Part shown: positions 22,380-35,529 of the stretch, one piece after another
Numbering within the stretch: position 1 is the stretch's first letter
How the letters are laid out: each line of letters starts with the position of its first letter
Source: Octopus bimaculoides
Lineage: Eukaryota
Direction: 5' to 3'
DNA length: 64,000 bases
Assembly: GCF_001194135.2 (NCBI RefSeq)
Contig: NC_068982.1
Span: 83,998,240 to 84,062,239, forward strand
The notes under the pieces: generated by a model
What the model was told of the DNA's origin: nothing
Databases searched by the model: none
The model's input: the letters and a program-made list of their open reading frames with translations, nothing else
Program-made: the position numbers and the translations under genes

Positions 22380-23075
22380 TGTATACAACAATATGAATGA
22401 CGGAGTTGTATAAGCAAGAGTGTGTGTACAATATGTGAGAGTACTAGTTCGTATAAGAGTTACACAGTTGAATGTCTATACTCAAGAAGTTGTGGCCGAG
22501 GAGCAGAGCTGTAGTGCCACATGTTGTGTGTGAAGTTGAGCGTCGATGCTGCGACCAGTTACCTGGTACAGAAGATTCTCACAGGTTGGTTCTGGCTGTT
22601 AAACTTTGTGGTGGAAACAATCCACTCAAACGGTGTCGAGATGAAAACCGTGGTTGTTGTTGTTAGCGTGTACTCTGGTGGTGGTGTTGCTGGTGACGAC
22701 ATTGTGGTAGACAGTACATTGGCAGTGATGACGTCGTCGCTGGAAACTGACTGGTTGGTGTGTTCTGTGTGTGGTCAGCAACCAGAATTGTGAGAGATCT
22801 GAAATCGAAGACACACTGGCGTGGTTCAAACAGGCTTATTTATAGATGAACAGGGGCTCACCGGAACAGTAGAAAAACACTCTTTCACGTGACCTTATTA
22901 GAAGGCCACGATTGGATGGTATGCACCCTGGCGCGAAACAGAACTGTAGACAATTGCCGCGCAAATAAGAACCAATCAGGGTGGTAGATGCAAGGGTCCA
23001 AGGCAGCCGAAGGCTAGATGTTAGCCGCTTCGTTATCATTTGTAATTGAATGCCCAAGAGAGAGGTTTCACTACA
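22380..23075 (-). mobile_element. Probable solo LTR (CpG-rich, ~0.7 kb)
   Basis: Minus strand starts TGTAGTG and ends ...TACA, with a central CTATAAATAAG TATA-like box. No target-site duplication (TSD) found, so the left boundary is uncertain. Confidence 0.5.
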
Positions 23076-23640
23076 GGACCATGTTTACTTGTATTTGATT
23101 TAGTTTCATGCAGTGGATTTAATATGAACAATCACTGTATTTCTGAACCCAAATTCTTTTAAATTGTAATTTAAATTTCTAAATCTTTTACAAGCTCTAT
23201 CAGTTCTATGTTCCTCAAAAGAATTTCATAAATAAATGATAATAGTATATGTAAATCTGAATTACTAATGTTTTTGATTACAGTTAAGAGCAATACATTA
23301 TTAGTATTTATTGTTGTGTAGCGTTTATCAAGCAAACATGAAGGAGATTTAGCTTATTCTAATATACTGGGTGATTGCATAGGTGCTCCTTCATTACTAT
23401 TGTGTCTGAGGAGTTGCAGTTGTTGGCCTGATGTACATCCAATAGAAGACTGAGTAAGATACTGGAGTTACTACAAAACTGAAGAATTTGAGGTTAGTGT
23501 TTTGCAAGAATACACTAGAGAGCCGAGTGTCCTTGGAAAGGACTACATATTGTATTCAGGGCAATGTTTAAGGAAAGTAACACAATATTGTTGATAAGAA
23601 TCAAAATACCTTTTCAAATAGCTATTTCTTTTATTGTTTA

Positions 23641-23918
23641 TTTGCTTCAGTTATTAGACTGTCATCATGCTGGAGCACCACCTTGAAGAATTTTAGTCAA
23701 GCAAATCAACCCCAGTACTTTTTTTTTAAGTTTGGCAGTTATTCTGTTGGTCTATATATAAGACAGACTTCTTTCAGTTTCTGTCTACTGAATTCATTCA
23801 CAAGGCTTTGGCTAGCCCAAGACTTTAGTGAAAAACACTTGTCCAAGGTGCTACACAGTGGGACTGAATCTGGAACCATGTGGTTGGGAAGCAAACTTCT
23901 TATCACACAGCCATGCCC
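23641..23918 (-). mobile_element. SINE family A
   Basis: Reverse complement of the family A head, core and tail. Confidence 0.85.
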
Positions 23919-24131
23919 AGAAATTCTGAAAGCTTCTGTCTGTTAAAGTATCTATAAAAGCTAGAGAAAGAAAGAATACAGAAATTTGGTGAGCCAGATA
24001 TTGACTTTTCTTAAATGAGATGAACTGATCTAATATGGTACATTCTTAGGGATATAGTGAAGAAAACTTTAATTGTCTGACAGGCAAGTTCTGCAGTTAT
24101 TTTCTTTGTTAATTTTATTATACTAATACAG

Positions 24132-24201
24132 GTTGTTGACTGCACTTGAGGAATCTGGAGCTTACATGGTTAGAGAGAGTGAAAATAAAGTAGCCCCCAA
24201 G
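24132..24201 (+). CDS. SH2-domain gene, internal exon (LLTALEESGAYMVRESENKVAPK)
   Basis: aatacag acceptor and gtaatc donor; 70 nt, phase 2 to 0; GAYMVRES corresponds to the SH2 G.FLVRES motif. Confidence 0.85.
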
Positions 24202-24573
24202 GTAATCCACTATTTCTTTTGTTCTGTATGAAACACGTAATTCCTTTCAGATTATTTGTTTCCTTTTTATATTGACATTAAAATTGTTTAAACTTTTAAT
24301 TATTTTGGATTCATTGATTTTCAATGAGGACATTAGCCTTCAAGAAGAGACTAATTTTCACTTGATAGTTCCAATCGTTGTACAATAGTTGAAGGATTCT
24401 TTGCTTTAGCTGTTAGTCATATTAAAGAACATATACAGTGTTCAAATTTTTTATAACTTTGTATGATACTACGGTATTCAGTCTATAACATGTGCTAAGA
24501 TAGAAAGTAAGAATTAAGGTAAATTGCAATGACAATCATCATGGTACTTTCAATGTTTCCTTTTTTTCCCTAG

Positions 24574-24642
24574 ACCTTACTTGTTTACTGTGCTGAATTA
24601 AAAAGAACTCAAAAGTATCAAATCTTTTATGAAGATACTCCA
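24574..24642 (+). CDS. SH2-domain gene, internal exon (TLLVYCAELKRTQKYQIFYEDTP)
   Basis: Polypyrimidine ttttttccctag acceptor and gtaagt donor; 69 nt, phase 0 to 0; beta-C/beta-D strands. Confidence 0.85.
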
Positions 24643-24746
24643 GTAAGTTGAATATTTATGTTTTAGAGGTTTATCTTTATTTAAACTCATACATTGTCAG
24701 TTAGATAATTGAAGAGGTACTTTGTGTCTCATCTTCAGCATCTCAC

Positions 24747-27700
24747 ATCATCATCATTTAATGTCCGCTTTCCATGCTGGCATGGATTGGATGGTTTGAC
24801 TGAGGACTGGCATGCCAGGAGGCTGCACCAGGCTTCAGTCTAATCTGGCAAGTTTTCTACTGCTGGATACCTTTCATAACATCAACCACTCCAAGAGTGT
24901 AGTAGGTGCTTTTTACCTGCCACTGGCATGGGAGCCAGTCAGATGGCACTGGCATGGATCATGCTTGAATGGTGCTTTTTACAGGCCACCAGCATGGGTG
25001 CCAGCCAAGTGACACTGGCATCAACTACGCTCGAATGGTGTTTTTTATGTGCCACCAGCATGGGAGCTAATCAAGTAGCACTGGCATCGACCTTGCTCAG
25101 ATAGTGTTTTTAACATGCCATAGGCATAGGTGTCATTCAGGCAGCACTGGCATCGGCCACACTTGGATGGTACTTTTTACGTGCCAGTGACACAGGTGCT
25201 AGTCAGGCAGCACTGGCATCAACCATGACTATGATTTCGCTTGGCCCAACAGGTCTTCTCAAACATAGCATATTGCCCAACGATAAATGGGCCAGTTATG
25301 CGACTCTGACATTGGCCATGGCTACAATTTCACTTGGCTTGCCAGGTCTTCTTAAGCACAGCATATCTCCAAAGGTCTTGGTTGCTTGTCATTGCCTCTG
25401 TGAGACCCAACATTCAAAAGTTGTGCTTCACCACCTCATCCCATGTCTTCCTGGGTCTACCTCTTCCACAGGTGCCCTCCACTGTTATGGTGTGACACTT
25501 CTTCACACAGCTGTTCTCATCCATATGCAACACATGACCATACCAACGCAGTCATTTCTCTTGCACACATTTGATGCTTTTTATGTCCAACTTTTCTCTC
25601 AGGGCGTTTACACTCTGTTGTGTATGCACACTGACATTGCACATCCAGTGGAGCACACTGGCTTCATTTCTTTCAAGCATATGCATGTTCTCAGCAGTCA
25701 TGGCCCATATTTCACTGCCATGTAGCATGGTTGTTCACACACATGCATCAAACAGTCTACCTTTCACTCTCTGTGAGAAGCCCTTTGTTACCAGCAGAGG
25801 TAGGAGCATTCTGAAGTTTGCCCAGACTATTCCTAGTCTAGCATCTACCTCTGCCACTGACTTGGTCACCTAGGTAACGAAAGCTATCACCTACTTCTAG
25901 TTTTTCTCCCTAGCATGTGATGGAATCTGTTTTCTGTACATCTTTGGTGTCTATTGCCCCTGTGCATCTGTTACACACAAAATGTGTCTTCCTGGTTAAC
26001 CTTCCTTAGATATTGCTGCCCCTCTTATGTGTCCATAGCTTACAACAGGTACATCTTATGGAGTTTCTACCTACACCTTTCTACAGATTGAGCAGGGCCA
26101 TCTACCTGAAGGGATTTGTGATTTGTCTGCCTTCCTACTTATTAAGTAGTTTTTGCTAGATTGACTGTAAGGCCCTTCGATTACAGACCTTGCTTCAACA
26201 CCCTAAACTTCTCTATCTCTAGTAGTGACTCAGCAATTACAGCCAGGTCATCAGCATAGAGGAGCTCCCAGGGGACATCCTGTCTTGAATTCCTCTGTTA
26301 TTGTCTGGAGAACTATGATGAATAAGAGGGGACTGAGGACTGATCCTTGGTGAACCCCTTCTATCCAGAATTCTTCACTATGCTCATTGCCAACCCTCAC
26401 CTTACTGACAGTATCCCTGTACATGGCTTGTACAGCTCTCACTAACTATTCATCTATCCCTAGTTTCCACATTGACCACTAGATAAGTGATTGGAGGACC
26501 CTGTTAAAGGCTTTCTCCATGTCAATGAAAGTCAAGTACAGAGGTTTATCTTTGGCTAGGAATTTCTCCTGCAGGTGTCTTACCAGAAATACAGCATCAG
26601 TGACACTTTTCCCTGGCACAACTCCAAACTGCATCTCATCTAAACTAACTCTCTCCCTAATTAGTTGGGCTATCACCCTCTCCGTGACTTTCATCACCTG
26701 ATCCAACAATTTGATACCTCTGTAATTATTTATATCTAATGCATCACCTTTACCTTTGTAGCAGTTGACTATCATGCTACTACACTAGTCATTGGATATG
26801 ACTCCTTCATGTATCACCTGGTTGACTACATGGGTGACTAGACTATAGCCTACACTGCCAGATATTTTAAGCATCTCAGCAGTGATTCCTGTTGGGCCAG
26901 AGTCTTTCCCTGTCTCCATACCTTTAATTGCTTTATCTACCAAGGTACTGTCAATTTGAATAGCTGTTCCCTCTGTTGGGTCGACATTCAGCAGACTCTG
27001 TTTCTCCCATTCATTCTCCTCGTTTAGCAACATTTCATAGTGGTGTCTCCAAGTCTCTGTTTGCAGCATCATTAAATGTAGGTGAGCCATCATCCATGCG
27101 AACACATTTCCCTCCTACGACATCACGATTCTCTCACACACACTGTCTTGCAATATGAAACATTTCAAGTCTCTATTCTTCACGATGCAGAACATTGGCA
27201 ATTTTTTTCTTATCTGCTTCCCCTCTGGCTAAGTAAACCTGTCTCCTAGCTTCCCTTCTGGCAGTCTGATGCAGTTCTGTGCTACCAGCACACTTCCAGT
27301 CCTTCCATGCCTATTTCTTTTCCTTAATGGCCCTGTCATCTACATTGTTCCACAACCACGTTACCTTAGGTCAAGAGGGAACTTTGCGCCAGCAATAGAT
27401 CTGGTTAGTAGCCCTCAACAGGTTGTCCTGTAGGAACCTCCAGTTGTCCTCCACATTATGTGATGCTATATCCTCCTCTTTTTTGTCAAAAGCTTCAAGT
27501 AATATATCTCTAAATCTCTGTCCATTCAATGGATCCTTAAGCTTCCAGACCCTTCTTTTTCATGCTGGTTGTCTTCTGGGCATCCATTTAGCTCTGATCC
27601 CGAAGTCACTAACTACTAAGCTATGTTGTAGTGTGCATTCTTCACCTGGGAAGGTTTAGGCATTTATAAGTAGCCATCTTTCCTGTTTCCTGGCGAGGAT

Positions 27701-28480
27701 GTAGTCAATCTGACTTGTGTGCCCACCAGACTGGTAAGTGAACAGGTGACGGGCAGGTTTCCTGAAGTTAGTATTACAAACCATAAGATCATTTGCATCA
27801 CAGAACTCCAGGAGCCTGGTTCCCTGCTCATTGTGGGAACCAAATCCATTGCCACCATGTACACCATGGAAGCTCTTTGGATATTGTCCAACATGCCCGT
27901 TGAAACCGCCAGCCACAGAGAGGTCTCTGTCATTTGTTGATGAAGTAGTCTGCAAGAGGGTGTCATAAAATCGATCTTTCTGTTCATCGGGTAGCCCTGG
28001 CTGAGGGGCCTAGGCCGAGATAATGGTTACTAATCCATGTTGCAGCACTAGTCTAAGCTTAAGTATTCTATCACAGACTCTCATTTCCTCAATTTACCTT
28101 ATTAACCCATTTCTCCACAAGGAGTATACCCACGCCTGCAACCCCATCAGTGTTCCCTACCCAGAAAATTTCATACCTATGTTCTTTGCCTGTGAGAAAC
28201 CTAGCAGAACTTCATCTCCACCTTATTTCTTGACTTCTTGGATGCAGCACCAATCGACACATCTCCATTCAAGCCTCTCAACAATCTCACCAGACCTACC
28301 TTTCAATGTGCCATCATTAAGTGTGCCAGCTCTGAGGGTATGGAAGTTGTGGGCTGGCAAGACCCTGGGATCGGGAACAGCAGCATTATGCATATGAAAA
28401 AAAAGCTTGCATTTGACAGATTTCATAAACATACAAATAGCCTTCAACACCATCATTTTATTCACTTCATAATCACTATA
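24747..28480 (-). mobile_element. Near full-length RTE LINE, copy A (decayed)
   Basis: From 5' to 3': GTLN.GTLKGRSGEIVERLE..VD.CCIQEV; GFNGHVG...NTNFRKP...SQIDYIL; KGKGDAL...NYRGIKLLDQVMKV; QGSVLSPLLF; GC-rich 3' UTR repeats; (gat)n tail. Confidence 0.95.
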
Positions 28481-30049
28481 TTCAACAGTAGATAGACACT
28501 AGGTAGGGATGGAGGGGGAAAGGAGGTTGGAAGGTGCTCCATATAGTAAGCTATTTGAGGTGCTCAGGAGAAAGACATTCAGTAGAGGTCAGAGGATAAA
28601 GACTTCCAGTATAGGTGGCAGGAGTGAGATGGGAGGGTACAAAGCAAATGGCAAAGGACTGTGGCAGCCTTCTTCCCTAGCAAAAGCTGATGTGGCATAG
28701 CCACAGACAAAGCGAGTTACTGATTAACAATCAACATGGGAAAAGTAAGTGGTTAACAAAACAGAGAGAGGTGGAGAGTGATGACATTTTCCAGAATTAG
28801 GGCTGGTCGAGGAAACAGTGGGTCATTTGGATAAGATAGCAAAACATAAAGAGATGGAATTTTTGAGATTTAGAGCGAGAGTAAACAGAACTGAACAATT
28901 GGATTTCTTAACTTTGCTATAACATATCGCTAAATGAATAACAATAATAATCATAGAGAACACTATAGAGTAAAACAGAACATTTGCCTTCTTAAATTAA
29001 CTATAGCTATAACTATAACATACAGTATGGAGTAAGTCAAACTTTGTGACAAAAATAGATAAATAAATGAATGAATAACAATAATGATGATTATAATGAG
29101 CATTAAAGTGAGAGAGAATTGAATTGAACATAGGATTTCTTAAGTTTACTATAACATATGGCATGAAATAAATGATACTGTGTGGGTACATAGATAAATT
29201 AAATTAACAAATAATAATAGTAATTATAATTTGCACTAGCCTTTAGTCCATCTAGCTAGGAATAAGTGCTGTGTAGAAGTGCAATAGTATATCTCTGTAT
29301 AACTAATATTTTGTTATCTTGAACTGAATTCTTCTCATAAATATAGCTTGAGAATGCACCGGTCAATTGAGTTAATCATGCACTGATGAATGCATCTGAT
29401 TGTGAATGTAAATCAGTTGACTTTTTTTTTATAATACTGTGAAATAGGTGAAATAAATATCAGAGATGCTTTGCCCCACACAGAAACTGCAGGAGCTCTT
29501 CTAAATCCATTGCAATGCTGAAAACCCTACCATATCATTATTATTGATTGATTCATAAAATTTGATTTAAATAGTCTTTCAACCCAATGAAGACAATAAT
29601 ACTGACGTATGGATGGACAATACTGTAAAGCATTTAGTAGCACTCTATCATTATTGCTAACTTCATTTGCAGTAATACTGAAGGGTTTGAGTGTGCTGGT
29701 AAGTAGGGGAGAGAAAGAGAAAAAAGGAGAGAGAGAGAGAAGATGAGAAAAACTTTGTTTCTTTTTTGTCATTTTTGTGCTATATATTAGAAGAGAAAGA
29801 ATTCTGTATGTTTCTAGAGAGGAAGTATTGAGAAGTGTTTATTGAATCTAGAGAGGGATGATTGGAAAAGTTGAGTTGGAGAGAGAGAGAGTGTGTGTAA
29901 TTAGAATTGTGAGGCCTAGCAGTTGTGATTTTGACTGTCTCACTTGTGTGCAGTTCAAGCATAATGTTGCATGATTGTTTACTTTGTGCCGGTGAAGAAA
30001 CCCAAATTATGTTCTATTTGGGACAAGATCTCTGCTCAAGTATGTATGG

Positions 30050-31000
30050 CATGAAGTGTCTATGCTGCATGTGGATAATACCTATATAAAAAATGTAAAA
30101 GAAGAGTGTGATTTGCAAAGGAGTGTGGGTTAAAGGTGGGGGCTATAATTAATACACATTGCATTGAAGCAGACTGATAAGAAACTTTTGTTTTATTGCC
30201 TCTGCTGCTGGGCGGTTGTGGCGAAGCTTTGAGAAGGCACCAGATCATAGTGTAGAGTCTTCACATAGGTAACTTAGCTAGGAGGTACTCATGGTTGATG
30301 ATGATTGTTTACCTCTGTGAATGGTAATTGGGTGAGAGTTGGATGTGAAATTTGAAATAAGGGTAATTAGGTGAGAGTTAATAGAATCAGAGAACTCGAC
30401 CTTGTTACAGATGAGATACAGTCACACATTTCTGCAAAATGGAATAAATAGATGGTTGTAAAATTCTAACAGACACTGTTTGATAGTAATGGAAGGGACA
30501 CCATCAAAACTGGCTTCATCTACAGGTATGCTACTTTACAGAGTTAACTTGTAAATCAGCTTGCATCATCAATACACAAAGCACCCTGTTTTCCTGATAG
30601 GTATTCTGTAAGCATTGTGGAAGTGACTAAAATTCTCATTGGTGATGCTGAATGATTTTCTGCAGGTCTCTTTTTTTTTTTTTGCCCAAATTTTTGTGCA
30701 TGAACAACCTTGGAAGTTAGGATTATGTCCTTTAATTGTGTGAGGTGTATAGAGGGACATACCTAGAGGATGGTTTCAGCCACCTACTGTGCTACTTTTG
30801 ATACATCTTAACTCAAGTGCATTTGTTGCCATTGTTAATCAGCATAGAACTAATGATATTCAATCAGTTGCAGAGAGTTCAATAGGAAGGGATTATGTTT
30901 TCAGTGGATTAGGCATCCACCTCTTTTTCCAGGATATCCTGTGGAATTATGGTTTCTGTTAAGTGAAATCTACAGCAGACTGTCCTCTGTTTCACTCACT
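30050..31000 (-). mobile_element. Highly decayed Penelope-like RT remnant
   Basis: Scattered motifs: SLYTPHT.KG (cf. SLYTNIPH.EG), YPG...GC..TENI (cf. PGRPIVS..C.TE.IS), PTFNPHSF. Confidence 0.4.
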
Positions 31001-31708
31001 TGTGGGCTTCTCACTCTCAATATATTTAGTGAAAATAAATACCTGTTATCAGCAAAGCTTTCTACTGTGTTTGATATGCAAATCTCCTAGTTAGACTATT
31101 TGCCTATGTGATTCATCTATCTGTTGTCTTTTGGGTCAGAAATTTCTGTACAATTACATCATAGTACTTTGACCCACATTTTGTCACCTTTGAAGTGCTT
31201 CCAGGTTTGGTACGGCCCCTAACATTCATCCCCCTATACATCAATAATCTACTTTCCTAAATTTCTGCACCTATAAAAGAAACAATTCAGTACACCACTC
31301 ACTCATAAACATGAATATGTGACTAGAATCCTAAGGCTGCTACAGTATCACTTCAGAGCCAGAAAATACTTCAGCTCCCCAAACTAAGTAACTATTTACA
31401 AAATACATATGAAACCCACGTTTAAATACTGCAAAAAATGTCACCAGACAGATTGGTATGAAGTCACTTGCCAACTTACTCTCACTGATGTACTGTAGAA
31501 ATTCTGCATTTCAATCATAAATTACCAACATTTTAAACTCCATAATTGGAGCATCAACCTTATATATTCTTGCTTATTTTAACCTAGAGAGATTGTATCT
31601 AACAGGTTAGGGCAATACCTGTCTTCTTCCAAAATAATAATTAACAGCAAAAAGCTTGTGGAGTTTCAGTGCTGACATCTAAAATGTATTTCTTTTTTCT
31701 TTTTGCAG

Positions 31709-31882
31709 AAACCAAAATATTATCTTAAAAAAGGAATTGAATTCAGCTCTTTAGAAGAGCTTATTTATCATTATTTTTATCATAGTATATCAAATGAATA
31801 TGAGTCAAAGCTGTTGATACCTTATACATACGTACAAAACTGGGAAGCTGTTCTTGAAAAATGTATGCAAGAAGAAAAATAA
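31709..31882 (+). CDS. SH2-domain gene, terminal coding exon (KPKYYLKKGIEFSSLEELIYHY...EEK*)
   Basis: tttttctttttgcag acceptor, phase 0; YYL....FSSLEELI.HY and L..PY are SH2 C-terminal motifs; AATAAA hexamers follow at about 32.0-32.35 kb. Confidence 0.9.
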   Translation, partial: KPKYYLKKGIEFSSLEELIYHYFYHSISNEYESKLLIPYTYVQNWEAVLEKCMQEEK

Positions 31883-33459
31883 CCAAATCAGAGATGTTTC
31901 ACAGTGTTCATGTCTATAAACATTTTTATCATATCCTCAGTATTGACTTATCTAATCAGGTATCACACTTTACTTAATACTAAAATATCTGAAATACTTT
32001 TTAAATAGAAATAAATGAAACAGTAATAAATGAATACATCAAAAAGTTTAAATAATTAGTATATTTATGGTATTCCTTAAAGAAAAAAAACTATGGAACT
32101 AACTATTGCTTACTTTTGGGGTTTATTGATGATTAATGTCTTACTGGCTTAATTACTAGTAAGCACATCTACACTGGAAAATTAATACAGTTCTAACAAA
32201 AGTTCATCATATTAGAAAAGCTCTGGACTTATTTAAGAAAATAAAAATGGATGGTCTATGAAATTACATTAACATATGGAAAGCTATTTAAAGTATCTAG
32301 TACCTTACATATTCATAACAAGTTAGCCAAATCAATGACACGGAATAAAATAAACAAATATTGAACATTGGCATATGAGATAACTTATTCAGTTATGTAA
32401 ATTGTTGTGAAAAGCAACAGAAACATTTATTGACTTAGGTGTGGATGATAATGATATAGATTCAAGGAAATTCTACTATATAGGTTAAACTTCTCAAAAT
32501 GCCAGCAAGTTTTAATAAAATTTAATCAATTACTATTTTAAAAACTACATTTTTCAATGAAAATTATTTTTTCTTGACTTTCCATGATTATAAATTTTTT
32601 TCAGGTAATTCACTGTTCCAAAAGGAACTTTTAAAATTCCTGTAGGCATCTTTTTACATTCACTTTTCCCTACTGGTGTATCACTATTTGTTGTAGTCTT
32701 CTGTCAGGCCTGAGATCAGATCTCATCACTTCTTCTCATATCTCTCTATTCTTGCACTTTTCACCCATTTTGCATATGCAGTCATCTCTCTTGTATGCAT
32801 ATCCATTGCTTTCCAGCTTTTGCATAACTCCAACATTCAACCCCCATGTCTTGCTACTATGTAATATTACACACCATATACAAGCCCTTTACTTGGAGAG
32901 GTCAACTTGGTAACAGAGGCTATCAATTATTTTTAGCAAGGTTTTTGGGGAATTGAAAGATTTCAGTTCTTGGGTTTGCTTGCTTCTGAACATCTATTAT
33001 ATATGAAATCCTTTTTCGACCCATTATTGATATAGAATTGGTACCTGTTGACTTTCTGCATACTGGGCATTGCTACTTCCCCGGTGATTGTAGTGTTCTG
33101 TCTTATTTTCTAAGACTTTCATTAACTTTTATGTGTCTTGATTTTAAACACTGCATCTATGTTTGGAACTTTTCCTGTAATTCTTTGACTTATATGACTA
33201 AGAGAATTAAATCACTGAAATAAAGGAGATGCCAACAACAGACTTGAACCTTTGTGTTATAGTCTGGGTAACTATAATAAATGGAAAGAGATTGAGAGCT
33301 AAGCTCTGGTTGATATCTGGTTGCACACTAAATTGATCACTGATCTTATTACCAATGCTTTGTTGACAGTACCCCTATATATGGCTTACATGCCTCTCAC
33401 AAACTATTCATCAACCTCAAGATTTCTTAGTGACCACCAGCCTATCTTTTTATCTTATA

Positions 33460-33790
33460 CTTATTTCAGTCAATGAACTTGCCTGTGCTGGGACACCTTG
33501 AAGTGTTTTTAGTCAAACACATTGACCCCCATTTTAAAATCTGAGTCTTATGCTATCAGTGTCTTTGCCAAACCTCTAAGTTATGGGGATATAAACAAAC
33601 CAACACTGGTTGTCAAGCAATGGTTGGGGACAAACACACACACACATTTACAATGAACATCTGTCTAGCAAATTCACTAACAAAGTATTGGTCAGCTGGG
33701 GGAGACACTTACCCAGGGTACCATGCAGTGAGACTGAATCAAAAATTACGTGGTTGCAAAGCAAGCTCCTTAACCACACAGCCCTGCCTG
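33460..33790 (-). mobile_element. SINE family A (older copy)
   Basis: Reverse complement of family A with many substitutions. Confidence 0.75.
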
Positions 33791-35529
33791 TACCTATGGC
33801 AAATATAAACAGAGGAAAACAATAATACAGCTGCTTAAAATTACGGGATCTTAAAACAGAATCAATTAGTAAAAGACTTAAAAAAAGCTATTCAGAACAG
33901 TGGCACATCATCACTAACAAACACATATTCCAGCGTCTGGCCCACAGGAGAACCATTTCTTTTGTAGCTACTATAATGGCTTCTGCTCCTTAAAGCTGGT
34001 TGGTTTCCCACTTATCTCTCCACCTCTCATCACCCTTTCCCTACACTAACCACTATACCACTATACCCAATCCGTTATTCCCAGAACACAGGTCTTCTGG
34101 AATTTCCTACCCATTCATATCTTTCCTATATCAGTTTAAACAGCATTAACAGCATCGAGCTCACTGGTACTGAAGGGCCTGCCACTCTGCAAGTAAAAGG
34201 AAAATGAGAGTCCAAATTGCTGGATTTTTCAATTCCCATGGTAGATAACCTAAAAGTAATTATTTTTTCTGCAAACTTTTAAATAAAAAATATTCATGTT
34301 GTTTCCAGTATTTCTCAGCTCATACAACTCATTTTTCCTGAAAACAGCACTAAAAGGTCAGGCTGTAAAGTGGCATTTGGCAACCAGGGTCAGTCCTCAC
34401 TCGACCACCAGTTTTATAATATAAACTTTTGTTACAATTGACATATAACTATATTCCAGTACTCTGATTACCATATTTATTAGTTTTGTTATGTATTGAT
34501 GGATATTAGTAAGCAATTTACATGTGGTTACTGTCACTTGCAAGAGAATGCCATATTGATGCCTCACATGCTCTTCGCAGACATGTAGATGCTTCTGCTA
34601 ACTGTCAATTTAGTTCTTCAGCAGAGACTCTACAATACTACACAATGGTAACTGATCAGAAAAGACATAAACTGCATGTTGACTATTTCAAATAACTCAG
34701 CAGCTAGATAAATGAGTGATAGTATAGACCACCACCAACTGTAGAAATGATATGTGAATGAAGAAAATAGGAAAAGTTGTTTTAAAAGAAAACAAGAAGA
34801 AGAAACAAAGGATTTTGTTACAAAGAAATACATCTATGGATACACAATCAATGCAGTATGGGGAATACAGTTTCAACAAAGATGATAATGTGCAAGATGA
34901 CAAAAATTACTTAAATCCAACAAGACTTATTTGAATTGTTGTGAACTCTAGTAGTTAGTATGAAGGATTAGCTAGTGTGAATTTTAAGTCGTAACTCTCT
35001 ACGACAAAATGATTTTACTTTACAATTGTACTGTAAATGTTAAATGTACATAAATAAATTAATTTAGTAATTATCTTCTCTTTCTTCACGTTCTTCAATT
35101 TGTTAATGAAATTTATTTCTGCAATTATGAAACAGTGTATTTTTTTTTTATAGCGGTTAGTGTTTCAGAGTATATATTTCTTGCTATAGCGTTTATGTAG
35201 CTAGAGTCAGGATTTATGTATAATGATAACACTTATAAGTTATAAGTGATGTGTTTATCAATATAGATTCCTACTTCAAAAGTAAAATATATTTATTATC
35301 TTTTTCCAAATAGGAAACATAAAAAATAAGATAGAAAAACCATTACATAAGTAGTGGTACACAAACACTCTCCAAACCGTCTATAAAAAGTGGTGACCCC
35401 TCTGTGATCAAATAGATAAACTGCCACATCATAAAAGTATTGACACTTGTGAAAAATATATAAAATTTTCAATTGAAAATAGATGACAGTTTCGTTACAC
35501 AACATTTTATTAACAAGTTGAAGAACGCT

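Noticed and set aside
24890-25330. CRISPR-like repeat array
   Set aside because: These are degenerate tandem units with no unique spacers, inside a LINE 3' UTR in a eukaryotic context.
29446-29521. Alternative terminal exon in the SH2 gene intron (GEINIRDALPH...)
   Set aside because: The acceptor is weak, and the flanking exons already join into a complete SH2 domain.
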